A DNA stretch of 64,000 bases, filler included, from Globobulimina sp. (lineage: Eukaryota): NCBI GenBank assembly GCA_003354225.1. It is 21 parts of 21 records of this genome, joined end to end, with 100 filler letters (N's around TTAATTAATTAA, not from the genome) between each part and the next. Parts side by side here need not be neighbours in the genome. Positions count along the whole stretch, not along the records: positions 21,404 to 24,359 come from PIVH01004236.1; positions 24,460 to 27,415 come from PIVH01004237.1; positions 27,516 to 30,470 come from PIVH01004238.1; positions 30,571 to 33,524 come from PIVH01004239.1; positions 33,625 to 36,578 come from PIVH01004240.1; 16 more parts are not named here. One strand, given 5' to 3'. The notes under the pieces are model-generated. The model was not told the origin of the DNA, did no database searches, and worked only from the letters and a program-made list of their open reading frames with translations. This document shows, piece after piece, positions 23,534 to 35,841 of the stretch. Position 1 is the first letter of the stretch, and each line of letters starts with the position of its first letter. Position numbers and translations under genes: made by a program.

Positions 23534-24359
23534 TCACACAGATATAATTTGTCCTGGATCCGGTTCAAAAGGTGATTTCGGAAAAGAGTCTCTCTCTCCA
23601 ACATGTTGCAAAATAAAATGAGCCATTTTCACGATGGTATAATCGGCTTCGACAAATTTGCCCACAAATACTGGCCAAGAATGAAACATAAATGGCTCAA
23701 CCTCACATATTATATCTGTACAGCCATCATTATACGCTTTGGCTGCAACATCCAACGTATCATGCAACAAAGCCTCAGTTGCACCAACCATAAAATACAT
23801 AGCAACGTCTTTTAATGCGGTAAAATCATTACATATCGGATTGAATACTGAGTGATTGTCCTCCATCATTTTAGCCAGTTTATTTTCCATCGAATTCAAA
23901 TTTTCATCCATTTTGCCCAATGCCATTCTGGCGCAAATATTAATAGTCGGATAGCTTAAACTAGCATCATATTCATAGTTTGCTCTCTTTCCATGTAATT
24001 GACTCAAATCATCCACATTCTGTGCGTCATAATTCAAATAACACCACGCGCCTTGCAACACGGCGCAAGCCGGTAATCGAGTCCCTGTCTTACTTAATTG
24101 CTGCAATGTTAACAATGCTAAGCCACCGCCGGAGCTATCTCCCACAAATACTATATTCGAAGCACATACTTTCAAATCATTTACAAAGTGATTATAAACC
24201 GCAATGCTGTCGTTTAAAGGTGTTGGTAACGGGAATTGCGGCGCTTTCTTATAGCTGACCGCTACGCAAACCATTCCTGTTAATTTTGATAACAATTCGC
24301 ATTCCGCAAATGTCCAATTATGTGGTATTACATATGCTGAACCATGAAATACTAAAATC
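23534..24359 (-). CDS. Alpha/beta hydrolase, HSL/GDXG lipase family, 5' partial
   Basis: YKKAPQFPLP, GDSSGGGL nucleophile elbow, VGATEAL, MFHSW. Confidence 0.85.
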
Positions 24360-24459
24360 NNNNNNNNNNNNNNNNNNNNNNNNNNNNNNNNNNNNNNNNN
24401 NNNTTAATTAATTAANNNNNNNNNNNNNNNNNNNNNNNNNNNNNNNNNNNNNNNNNNNN

Positions 24460-26366
24460 TAGTCACATTGAGTCTCCATTGCGCCACAGTTGAAGCCGGA
24501 CGCTTTGCTGAGTAATGCAAATTACTTTGTTGCTTCTCTTCTATCTCTGTACTTATTTTGCTGCACAGAGCCGTATTCGCAGAAATTATTTCATTAATTT
24601 TTTGCCGGATTTCTATATATAAAAACAGTCGAATAACATATGCAAAACAAAGAGAAACAGACAGCACACCACACCTTCGTTCATTGCACCAATTTGTTTG
24701 CAATGTTGTTGTCCTGGTTCCACATTATAATCATAGTTATAATCTGCAATGAGTTTGTTCATATCAATGCTGCTATTCTCGAGCCTCCAAATATCCATTT
24801 TCAGCGTGGAAAATGTTTTCATAAATTCCGCAGGCTAAATATGCACCAAAATTAACAAAATTAACAGTTTTATTTAAGAAAAATAAATAAATCTTAACAT
24901 CTTGTTCCTTTGCAAAGTATAAATTAAAATCTTCATTGGCTAAAGCACCAAATATATCATTCTCTTTTTTCTCCTCAACCTTCATTTTGCCATCGTCATC
25001 AAATGTGGTCGACCACTGTTTACTATCTCCCTTCTCCTCGTCATCAACCACTGTGACAAATTTATTTTTTTCAATACGTTCCAAACCTGCAATATTTCTG
25101 ACTCTCTCTCTTTTGCTCTCCAGGAATTTGGTCATATTTTTCATGATATTATCAACATAAAATTGATGATCACCGACGTTTGTATCCACCAAACTGATTT
25201 TAAGCTTATCAATTGCACGAATCCTAAATCCGACATCAAATGAATGGACAAAAAAGCAATGCATTGAATCCATGACTTCAACATAATATTTTGACCGTGC
25301 TTCAATTTTTTGCCTTTCTCTGTTTCTGTTATTTCGTTGAAACTTGACACAATTTTCTAATGAGCACTTATTCAATGCATTGCAAATATGATCACAAATA
25401 CATTCAAACTGTTTCTGTCTCTCCGCGGCAGGCATCAAATCGCCTAAATGTGCGACCAAAACATGATTGTAATCATCAGCCAGCAATGGATAACTATCTT
25501 TGTTAAATATGTGCCAAATGTCTGTTAAATTTGTATGCTGATACCGTTTCAAATAAGTTCTGATTCTGGTTATTGACGGACATTGAGATACAGAGTCATC
25601 ACAGCTCAGCACATCAACAATTTCAATACCTGATTTTTCCTTTTTTACCGTATTTGTGTCAATTGATGTATTTGATACAGAATGACGGCGAGATGTGTCG
25701 TTGGAGAGATGCAACGGTTTTTGTGGTTTGATCCGATCAAACACTGCATATATATTCAAAAATCGTTTGGTGAGAATTCAACGCAATGTAATATACATAA
25801 CTTGTGTGTGATCGCTTGTGTTTATGACTTGTTGTGGCTGATTTCGTTTCTTTTGATTGCTTTGAGAGACCTTTGACAAATTGAAATGCAGAGTTAATTC
25901 TACGATGCTTTCCCTTTTTTCGTGTTTTGTTCAGTTCTGTGATCCTTGGTTTCGTAGTATTTTGTTCAAATATATTAGCTTTCTTTTCGTCAGACACAGA
26001 AGTCACAGACTCGACATTATTGTTATTTGTTTTCTGTTTTGTTTCATTTTTTGTTATAAATTGTATGGCAGAATCTATATTTGGACATTTTGAAGATGAA
26101 ATAATGGATAATTTTGCACTAAATCCCATTTCAATGAGTTGACAATAAACTTGCAATTGATTATCATTTAATTTATGTTTGTTGTCAACGTTGGTGCCAA
26201 ACACTATGTTTTCGCAGTTGAGACATATTTTCTCTTTATTTTGAAATCTATATTGAGACAAACAGTCATAGCATATTAACTTTTTGCATTCCCTGCAATG
26301 ATTTCTACCAGTTCGAAATGGAAGAGCTGACTTGCACTGCGAGCTGCATGATTCGCACAAATTCAT
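24460..26366 (-). CDS. FYVE-like Zn finger + UBA + lineage-specific Cys/His domain protein, multi-exon, 3' partial
   Basis: CESC...RNHCRECKKLICYDC; QLIEMGF...IDSAIQFI; CPSITRI...DDYNHVL..H...C...C...RNNR...MDSMHCFFVHSFDVGFR, shared with 41418-42371. Confidence 0.65.
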
Positions 26367-26412
26367 TCAGTTCTGAGCTCGCGTTAGCATTGAGTTTTTA
26401 GAGCTAGCAAAC

Positions 26413-27415
26413 ATGAATTCCTTCATACTGTTCACATTGTTGCCGGATCTTGTGTGGCTCATTGTGTCAATGGCTATCAAGATATTGTATTTTCTTATTT
26501 ATATAATACTTTACGGCATTTATTTGGTGATTTGGTGTGGTTGGTTTATGATAACATCATTAGCAAACTTGACAACACTAGCGATTGACACTGTAGTTTA
26601 TTATATCATTTATGTTTTTCATTTTATTTGGTCATTCATCACATCAGCTCCATTCATGATACATTCATATATGATATCACCTGTAATTACACCTATTATG
26701 TCGTTTATTGGCGGTTATTTTATAGTTCCGATATTAAACATAATCTATTATTTCGTATTCTATGCTATAATATACATGATTTACTTATATTTCAACAACA
26801 GCAGATTCAGCACACAAGTAAACACCGTATGTGATGGTGTAATTAGTACATTTGAGCATATGATACAAGCAATATTAAGGCCAAAGGCAAGAAAGGAAAA
26901 GGAGAGTGATGCCGTGTTGGCCAAAGTGAACCATAGCAATAAATTTTCAGGTTTAACGTTTATAATTTCGAGAGTATTTAAAAGCGACGATATTTACAAA
27001 AAATATTACGACGTTAAATGGCACATATTACGAGATTTGGATAATAATATCACCAATTTACAACGAAATATATTATGTGTATCAATTATAGCCATCACTT
27101 TACTATTTATAATTGGACAAAACCCATCATTTATATTCCTGATACTCTTCGTATGCATAACAAGTCTATCCATACAAAATCAAGATTTCAGAAACGAATT
27201 ACTTAAAATCGTATACGTTGATCCTAACATAGCGTCCGCAAATTCAGCATCGCATAAACGCAGAAGAGAGTATCCTCCGCGAAGCTATCCAGGGCCTACA
27301 GAAAATGTTATAAACGCAATTAATAAAATAGCACCGCGATCCGTGGCAAAAAATGCCGCCACCGACGGGCTTTTAGTGGTCGACGTTGGCGAATTAAATA
27401 CAGTCACCATTGAGG
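26413..27415 (+). CDS. Hypothetical multi-pass membrane protein, 3' partial
   Basis: Long ORF with several hydrophobic segments. Confidence 0.5.
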
Positions 27416-27515
27416 NNNNNNNNNNNNNNNNNNNNNNNNNNNNNNNNNNNNNNNNNNNNTTAATTAATTAANNNNNNNNNNNNNNNNNNNNNNNNNNNNN
27501 NNNNNNNNNNNNNNN

Positions 27516-27635
27516 TCTGGATGGGCGAAGGCGATCGGCATGCAGTCGCCGTGATCGGCGACGGTGCTTTTCCTTCTGGAATCGTCTACGAAGCGATGAA
27601 CAACGCGGGCGGCTTAAAGAAGAATCTGATCGTTG
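27516..27635 (+). CDS. dxs: Bacterial 1-deoxy-D-xylulose-5-phosphate synthase fragment (chimeric contig end)
   Basis: [33 protein letters not shown]-binding motif; GC-richer than the rest of the contig. Confidence 0.85.
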
Positions 27636-27636
27636 G

Positions 27637-28461
27637 TGCGTCTCATTCCCTGTGGCCTGGTTATCGGATTACGGCAATGAAAGGGAACATTTATATGTTC
27701 AATGCAACGGTGTTTTTGAAATTAAAAATATAGTCGATATGTTCTCAGGCAATGAGTATGACATAATTTTGGCAGCATTGGATTTTATCGACAATCCATG
27801 CCAACCAATCGATATGAGTCTTGCAATGAAAATGTTAATTCAAAGGATTATTGATCATCAATTGTCAAAAAAGTTAGCATGCTCTCAATCGTTCAGTAGT
27901 TTGGATGCATATTCTCGAGGAATGGTCAATGTATTTTGTCAGAACAAGACATACTGCGAAATATCATATGGACAGAAAATATTTACACAATTTCACGTTG
28001 TTGATCATCAATGGATTAATTTGAAATTGGTGTATTTAATGTTTCCCAATGCTCAGATCATTCATATTAGAAACGTTAATTTATGCTCATTTTCTGTGAT
28101 GTGCGTGCTTCAATATTTGGGGTTGACACAAATCCAGGAATCTAGTTTGCTGTTAATATGGATCAAACCAATGAAAAAAAGTGATTTGAATATATCGGAA
28201 GTAATATATAAATATAAAGAACAGTTTGAAGCACTTAATTTTGAAGCAAGTAAACTCGAAGATATTGGATATAAAGAGACAAAATTTGATATTGGTTATC
28301 TATCCATTGAACGAATTGGATCAAGCCCAAAGTTTGTGACTGGTAAAAGTATTGTTGATAAGCCCCAATTCGCAACATATTATTATTTCAATTATGATGA
28401 AGCTAAAAACAAAACACAAATCAAATCTGGTAATTCCTCAAAGATTCGATGCTCAAAGTAA
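27637..28461 (+). CDS. C-terminal part of an ART-like family protein (paralogue of 40257-42371)
   Basis: [19 protein letters not shown] aligns with FDVCWLSDFNESEQLFIQ; downstream FCxNKT and FPN motifs are also shared. Confidence 0.65.
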   Translation, partial: CVSFPVAWLSDYGNEREHLYVQCNGVFEIKNIVDMFSGNEYDIILAALDFIDNPCQPIDMSLAMKMLIQRIIDHQLSKKLACSQSFSSLDAYSRGMVNVFCQNKTYCEISYGQKIFTQFHVVDHQWINLKLVYLMFPNAQIIHIRNVNLCSFSVMCVLQYLGLTQIQESSLLLIWIKPMKKSDLNISEVIYKYKEQFEALNFEASKLEDIGYKETKFDIGYLSIERIGSSPKFVTGKSIVDKPQFATYYYFNYDEAKNKTQIKSGNSSKIRCSK

Positions 28462-28663
28462 TTGACTTTTTAGGCTTAAACTTCTAAACACTTCTTTTGT
28501 GATTGGCAAGGTTTTTGGGTTAGCCAGAGTGGTTTTCAACCTAGTATTCGAAGTTGACCTAGGATTAGAATCCTAGTATTCAAAGTTGAAAACCACTGTA
28601 GCTAACCCAAAAACCTTGCCAATCACAAAAGAAGTGTTTAGAAGTTTAAGCCTAAAAAGTCAA
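28462..28663. mobile_element. 202-bp palindromic MITE-like element
   Basis: Perfect 63-bp inverted arms (28462-28524 and 28601-28663), a further 13-bp inner stem, and a core of CCTAGTATTC-like repeats. Related copies lie on two other contigs. Confidence 0.85.
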
Positions 28664-28906
28664 ATGTATATCGTATTGTATTGTTACTCGTTTTTTGTTG
28701 ATATTTATTTTTCGTTATCATAATTATTACAAATCCTAATTATTATACTTAGAATAGGACGTGTTAGAAACACTGGAAAAATGAACCACGTGTTAGAAAC
28801 TCCAACAAAATGACTTGGGAATGTGCGAATTTTTAAAACGAGGTGTTTCTAACATCACGAAGGTTTTCTGAAGTAAACTAGCATCTCCATATAAATTTTT
28901 GTGACC

Positions 28907-29554
28907 ATGCAAGCAAGGATCAAGAAAGAATTAAAGGATTTCCAAAAGAAGAAACATGACGGCGCAGGCGTAGAAGCCGAAGTAGTCGGCAAGGATATGC
29001 AACATTGGATAGGTCGCTTAAATGGCCCTGAAGATACACCCTATGATGGTGGTATATTTACCGTCGACATCAAAGTGCCGGATCAATATCCATTCGCACC
29101 CCCAAAAGTGACATTTAATACACGATTATGGCATCCCAATGTATCCTCGCAAACCGGCGCAATTTGTCTAGATATCCTTAAAGATCAATGGTCGCCAGCT
29201 ATGACAATACGGACTGTATTGTTATCATTGCAGGCTTTGCTATGTGCGCCGGAACCTGATGACCCACAAGTTACTATCCACACAATTACGCTACATCTAA
29301 TTTACAATATGTTTCCCTGTGATTTGTAGGTTGCGCAGGTGGCCCAACAATATAAAAAGGATAGGAATGCATTCAATAAACAAGCAGCAGAATGGACTGC
29401 GAAATACGCAGCCAAAGGGTTATCGATCAAAGAGCAAGAATCGAAGATTAAAAAATTAATGGAGATGGGCATAAAACGGGATCATGCCAGGGCTGAATTG
29501 TCCAAACATGGATGGGATACGGAAGCGGCAATCAATGCATATTTTGGAAATTGA
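28907..29554 (+). CDS. UBE2K: Ubiquitin-conjugating enzyme E2 K (Ubc1) with C-terminal UBA; intron 29270-29329
   Basis: GPEDTPYDGG, WHPNVSSQTGAICLDILKDQWSPA, PEPDDPQ; UBA LMEMG...WDTEAAI. Confidence 0.93.
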
Positions 29555-29850
29555 GATTGTTGTGACTAAGGTTTTAAAATACACTTTTTTTTTTCTGTCA
29601 TTCTTTTTCTCGGTTGTGATACTGTTATTTATTTTACATGGAAATAATTTTCAACGAAACACAGTTTGATTTTTTATTTATCCTTGCACTCATATGACCC
29701 AATGGAGACTATGAATTGTAAAGAATCGTCACATAAGTATTGAGTGGATAAGATTTAAAACAAAGTGCATCAAAAACACAAACATCGACCGATTTTGTGA
29801 TGCGCAAAAACTTTGTTTTGAGTGAAGTCATTATCTCAGTTACATTTTAC

Positions 29851-30470
29851 ATGGCACACATAATTACTGCGAAAAATGTTTTGAAAACAGCACAGAAAGG
29901 GCTCTGTTTAACGGAAACGACATGGAGAGGAAGTCAACCAGCCTGGTCCATAAAATGTGAGAAATTGCAATTAATTGTAACCAAACATGGTTTAAACATT
30001 GCATCGATAACACACGTGGATGATCCAAATGAGATTAATCCATTTTGGATCCCTAAGTGGCCCTGGAAATCACCAACAGAATGCAAACATTTATACATAT
30101 CTGGCGAGGACGAGGCCATCTATGGAAACAGAGAAGATTCGCAATTATTAACCAATATTTGTGGCCATAGTATATGCATTGATAGGTTTGGAATATGCAA
30201 ACTCACCGACGAGCCTCGCACCTGTCATGGTGAAGCACCAGGTTTGTATTAAAATTCTTGAACTTTCTTATATTTTGCTATAACAAATATAAATAAAAGT
30301 GAGTGAATGGGAAGTAAATGAATGTACAAATAACATCATCTCATTTTGTGTGGATTTGCCGTTGGCTCGATTGCATTTAAAACGTGCATTTAATTTTGAC
30401 AACGATGTAATTTATGTTACGACCTGGTTGACAAATACAAGCAATCGATTTGTTGATTTCTTTGAAACAG
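29851..30470 (+). CDS. Hypothetical protein, possibly galactose-mutarotase-like fold; intron near 30242-30299; partial
   Basis: GHSICIDRFG...HGEAP...W resembles the aldose-epimerase HG motif. Confidence 0.35.
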
Positions 30471-30570
30471 NNNNNNNNNNNNNNNNNNNNNNNNNNNNNN
30501 NNNNNNNNNNNNNNTTAATTAATTAANNNNNNNNNNNNNNNNNNNNNNNNNNNNNNNNNNNNNNNNNNNN

Positions 30571-31418
30571 GGAACGTTGTAACAGTCCCATATTTCCAAC
30601 GGCTTTTCATCGCCTAATTTGATAATATTCCATAACCATTGATGTGTGAATGAGTGCCATATCTCTTTAATAGTGGAGCGATCATAGGGGTGCAACGGAG
30701 TGTATTTTCGAATGTAATCGGGAGCGTTTTTGTGCAGTGGTTCTGATGGCAACGATATCTTAAAATGTTTGAAGTGATTTGGTGGCAATATTTTGAGGAT
30801 CAGCCAGGCGAATATTATCAACGCAGCGTAGGATATCAATGCAATGATTAACCAAAATGGATATGATATGGAGAGATTGTTTGTGAATGCAATATTGTAA
30901 TAATCTAAAAAAGCAAAAATGGATAAAATGAGTGAGAGGAAACATGAGACGGTGCCAAATACATAAATTGTAGGCAGGTTGCTGTTGCTGTGCTCGTCAT
31001 AGTAACATGTTGTTTTTAGCTGCCATCCGGCAGAAAACAGGAAACATGAACCGATGCATATTAACAGAATCATATATGATGAATTGATGTAAATGAGGCG
31101 ATCAATGGTGTTTTGATGAGCTATAATCGAGAAAGTTATGATGACTGATCCAATAATGAATAAAATTGAAGTTAACAACATGTCGAATATGCTGGATTGT
31201 GTCTGTGTGGTCATGTCAGTATTGGTGGATTTCTCGTTATGGTCTTGGTTTGATTTTTCATCGTTGTCAATGAATGTATCGAATGATTGATAGGTTTGTC
31301 TTTTTGAAGAGTCATCGATCGAACTGGCTGGCATATTTGCCACACCATCAACTGATTGTGAAAACAGACTGGGTTCTGGTTGGATTAAAGGCGTTTTTAA
31401 TTTCCTTTTTGTTATCAT
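30571..31418 (-). CDS. ABC transporter C family (MRP) N-terminal TM region; continues at 33405 through the terminal overlap
   Basis: Five TM segments followed by FTHQWLWNIIKLGDEKPLEIWDCY lasso motif. Confidence 0.75.
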
Positions 31419-31614
31419 GGTGGAGACTGAGGTTTAAATTTACAGCTTAAAAATAATGCTTAAATTTCAATGACATATTATTTTACAAACAGCTGTGAGA
31501 GGATATTACTAAATTATGAATTATTTACTAAATTTGACACAATCATCTATAATTATTTTCTAAATTCACCTCTTTCCATCAATCGATTCGATTCAATTCC
31601 AAATCATTGTGAAA

Positions 31615-32430
31615 ATGCCAATCATTTCAACAAAGAATGCCGCTCAAATGTGTTCCTGTTTTGCGTTATTCAAAGCATTAAAATACATGAAAGTGTCTCG
31701 GAAAGTATCAGTGTTTACGTCTTGCACTGTGTATGGATATTTCGCAGACAAAGATCACTTACAATTTTTATGTCCTTTGATCCTGTCACCGTTCATCAGT
31801 CCACAAATAGCCAAAACAGGTTATTCAAAGCACATTTATTCGTTAGCAATGGCATATATTTGCAAAGAGTGGTGCTATGATCACGACATGATCGGAAACA
31901 AATTTCGTATATTTTTGGATGCGAACTGCGGACTAAAACGAGATATTTTAAAGGAATTCCGCAAAGAAATGAAAGAATTTGGATGTGTCTCAAAAGAATT
32001 TACACATACGTCTATTGATCGTACAGTGCCAATAAACTGTCTAAAAAAATTGTCAATCAATATCGGGAAAATTACAGTGTTTCAAATATTGGTACAAATA
32101 TTTCTGACAATTGCAAGAAAGCCTGGAATTATTATAAATCTCGAAAAACATTTGCGAAATTGGACGAAAACTGTTTTATTTTTATTTTCAGTCTTTCAAA
32201 TTGGTATTCAGGGACCAGTTCAATACAATAAATACATTCATTTGTTTACTAATAACGAGACAGATATCGAAAAATACAAACCGAAATATTGGATGGTTTA
32301 CGTTTGTTTTGTTATAGCTGCATTCATCGGAATTCAAATACAATCAAAAAAGAAACAGCATTTCGTGGCCGCGTATTGTTTGGTTCAAGCAATCATTACA
32401 TTTTTAAATCAATATAATGTCAATATTTAA
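31615..32430 (+). CDS. Hypothetical membrane protein, divergent from the ABCC gene
   Basis: ORF of about 270 aa with hydrophobic segments. Confidence 0.5.
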   Translation: MPIISTKNAAQMCSCFALFKALKYMKVSRKVSVFTSCTVYGYFADKDHLQFLCPLILSPFISPQIAKTGYSKHIYSLAMAYICKEWCYDHDMIGNKFRIFLDANCGLKRDILKEFRKEMKEFGCVSKEFTHTSIDRTVPINCLKKLSINIGKITVFQILVQIFLTIARKPGIIINLEKHLRNWTKTVLFLFSVFQIGIQGPVQYNKYIHLFTNNETDIEKYKPKYWMVYVCFVIAAFIGIQIQSKKKQHFVAAYCLVQAIITFLNQYNVNI

Positions 32431-32687
32431 ATAACTAGTGTCAGATGTACAAATTTTCATTTTCAAATGTTTCACACCAATTATTTCTGCTTTACAATAT
32501 AATTTGACACGTGTTCCAGTTCAACTGTGTCTGTCAGATTTTAAGCCTAAAAAGTCAAATATAAATAATTCAGCACTCATTCAATTTAACTGTGCTTTTT
32601 TCAAATATTTGCAATCATAAAAATGATAAAATAAAATAGAATACAACCTTTGCTCCTATTCAACTGAGCATTGAATCTATAAAATTT

Positions 32688-33524
32688 TTAGAACTGCAAA
32701 AACCTTTCGTAGTCGATATAGAACTGCAAAAACAGAGGATTTAATATGTAAATATTTATCAATACGTACCTGAATGGGACCGGTGAACAGTATAAAAAAA
32801 GCCCAACCAATAAAAGCCGCATAGCCAATCTCATAAAACAGCAACAAGCAAATAATAACCACCAGCAACAGGTTGGCGAGTAAAAAATGTAAACCTGCAA
32901 AGGCCCACGCAATGCTCCGTGTGTCGCTGCCCATCATTGTTATTTTCTGACCAATTGTTGACAGTCGGATAGCTTTTCTGTATACGACATAAATCAATAT
33001 GGCTCTGCAACGCGCAAAGCTGCGACCTATGTAAACAAACATCAGTGGCATGTGACTTTTGTGTGTATTGCAACAACATTGATATTACCTGTCATGGTGA
33101 ATATAACCGACACGATCTCGATCCTCACAAATGCAGCACACCACAGTCCGAGCGAGAGATAAATGCCAACAGTGAGTGGAGTCGATTTATTTTCATAAAA
33201 CTCAGACAACGCAGAAATGAGAAAAGGAACAGCCAACGACGTAATCAATGCGCCCATATAAATGATGCATCTTCCAATGAAAGACCTCCCTTCTAACTGC
33301 CACACACATTGAAATGTAGAAAACTTACAATTACCATCATCAAAATTAACTTGCTTCAGGTAGTTATCCCATACTTTACATTGCGATGCAATATTATCAG
33401 TTTGTGGAACGTTGTAACAGTCCCATATTTCCAACGGCTTTTCATCGCCTAATTTGATAATATTCCATAACCATTGATGTGTGAATGAGTGCCATATCTC
33501 TTTAATAGTGGAGCGATCATAGGG
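32688..33524 (-). pseudogene. Continuation of ABCC TMD1, disrupted by a duplication and in-frame stop
   Basis: VYRKAIRLSTIGQKITMMGSD...LLFYEIGYAAFIG; intron at about 33030-33089; 15-nt duplication (32689-32703, 32719-32733) followed by TAA; no NBD on the contig. Confidence 0.65.
33406..33524. repeat. 119-bp exact terminal direct repeat of the contig start (30571-30689)
   Basis: GGAACGTTGTAACAG...GCGATCATAGGG occurs at both ends of the contig. Confidence 0.95.
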
Positions 33525-33637
33525 NNNNNNNNNNNNNNNNNNNNNNNNNNNNNNNNNNNNNNNNNNNNTTAATTAATTAANNNNNNNNNNNNNNNNNNNN
33601 NNNNNNNNNNNNNNNNNNNNNNNNTGCTATCTATATT

Positions 33638-35360
33638 ATGGGGGATTTAGTGTGGTTAGATATTGATGGCAATATTGCGGAATGGCATGACGGACCGTCT
33701 GATTTGGACCGAAGCAATTATTATGCAAATTATTATAATATTTATATGGCGAATCCTTTTGATGATCCTTTGAATGCGTCATTATCAAATATTTGCATAC
33801 GATCTTCCTATAATACATGTTAAGTAAATAAATTTATTATTGTTTCGACACAACGTGTATATTTTTGCAGTTTCACCGACCTATGATCCGACATTCTCCC
33901 CAACAAACGATCCTACATTTGATCCAACCAACGATCCAACCACTAATCCGACCCAACCTACGAGTGATCCGACAAATGACCCTACATTTGACCCAACCTA
34001 CGAACCAACCACTGATCCTACCAAAGATCCAACGTATGATCCGACATTCGACCCAACCAAAGATCCAACCATGGACCCAACCATTGACCCAACGGTAGAC
34101 CCGACCACTGATCCCACAAATGACCCCACTTCTGATCCAACATCAGACCCAACCAAAGACCCAACAACCGATCCAACAAATGATCCCACTGTGGAGCCGA
34201 CATTTGACCCAACCAATGATCCAACATCCGATCCGACAACAGATCCAACCAATGACCCAACCCATGATCCTACAAATGATCCAACTGGCGATCCAACAAC
34301 AAATCCAACCTATCCACCAACATCTGATCCAACAAGCGATCCCACAAACGATCCAACCACAGAGCCGACGTATGACCCAACTGATGATCCAACGACAGAT
34401 CCAACAGATGACCCAACATCTGATCCAACCTCTGACCCAACAATGGATCCGACATTTGACCCAACAAATGATCCCACTGTGGAGCCAACCTTTGACCCAA
34501 CATTCGATCCAACCCATGACCCAACAACAGATCCAAGCAATGATCCAACTGCCGATCCGACTTCAGACCCAACAGATGAGCCAACAATGGAACCAACACA
34601 GTATGTTGTCGTTACTTGATAATATTAAATATATAAATGATTTATGCGGTGTTATATTCTGTAGATACCCTAGCTTTAATCCTACCAATGATCCAACAAT
34701 GTATGTAACATATATTAATATATAAATGTATGTATATATTATCTTAAATAAATATATTGCAGTGATCCTACAGTATATCCAACCAGTAATCCAACAAAAG
34801 AACCCACACAATATACAACAACAAATGTTGGTGATGATGCAATAAAAAGTGAAAATTTCTTTGAATTGGCAACAACGAAGCCATGGATGTTAATCATCAT
34901 CGGATTAATCTTTGTTTGTTGTGTAATATTTGTAATTGGTTGTTGTTATAGAAAACATAGGAATAAAAATGATATGAATATAAACCAAGAAAAGGACAAT
35001 AATGTAGCACCTCCAATAAAGTTGGAATTAACAGAACGAACAAACAATGCGAAAGGAGAAACACCGCATGATGATGATGCGGAGTTGGATGGAAATAAAG
35101 CCACAACAACTCCTGTACATTGGCATTCATTCGATGATGGTGCAGATCCCTTTGATGCAGCCGATGCAGCCGATGGAAATAAAACATTTCCGGCAGTAAA
35201 TCCATTTGATGATGATGCTGGTGTTGATGATAGAAATTCAGATCCTGCAGAAACAGATGACGAAAATCCATATTTAGATACAAATATCGATATGGTGGAG
35301 GGTGATGCGGTTGAAACAAATAGCCCAGCACATTGGGCAACTTTTTATGATGAGGATTAA
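33638..35360 (+). CDS. Type I surface protein with long PTxDPT stalk, TM and acidic tail; multi-exon, 5' partial
   Basis: About 60 degenerate 12-nt units encoding PTxD (33876-34600); TM WMLIIIGLIFVCCVIFVIG; NPF/DPF motifs in the tail. Confidence 0.8.
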
Positions 35361-35841
35361 ATGTATTTTAAATTATGTATGTCAACTTATTAGTAAGTTA
35401 GATATAGATTTGCTGCAACTGTACTGTATTATATATAAAGTTTGATTGTGTTTTTTTTTGGAATCTTTAATATGTTAAATATTTGATTTTTACTGACTTG
35501 ATTTTTAGATTGCGGATGTTTTACCAGATCCTTTTAATCCGGCAAACCAGATTCTTGCTTCGCGTTGTTTGGCTCCGATGATTCACAGCAAATGGTATCT
35601 ACTCATCCATCATACACTTTACAAGCCTGAATAGTACGTGTTTCGAATATTCTCTCTATCCATATCTAAACTCGTAAACTCCGATAGTTCATAATCATAA
35701 TCTCTGATATATACCTTGTTGCTATTTTTAGTTCCTATTTATATTAAATTTATATTAAATTATTATCTTATCTTATCCCCCCTTTCTTCTAAATCTTGTA
35801 TAACTCAACAGTACACAACTGAATGAAAAGTGTTAATTACC

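Noticed and set aside
33876-34600. 12-nt periodic repeats as a CRISPR array or satellite
   Set aside because: Variation is codon-structured and encodes PTxD; there are no unique spacers or cas genes. The overlapping alternative-frame ORFs are shadows.
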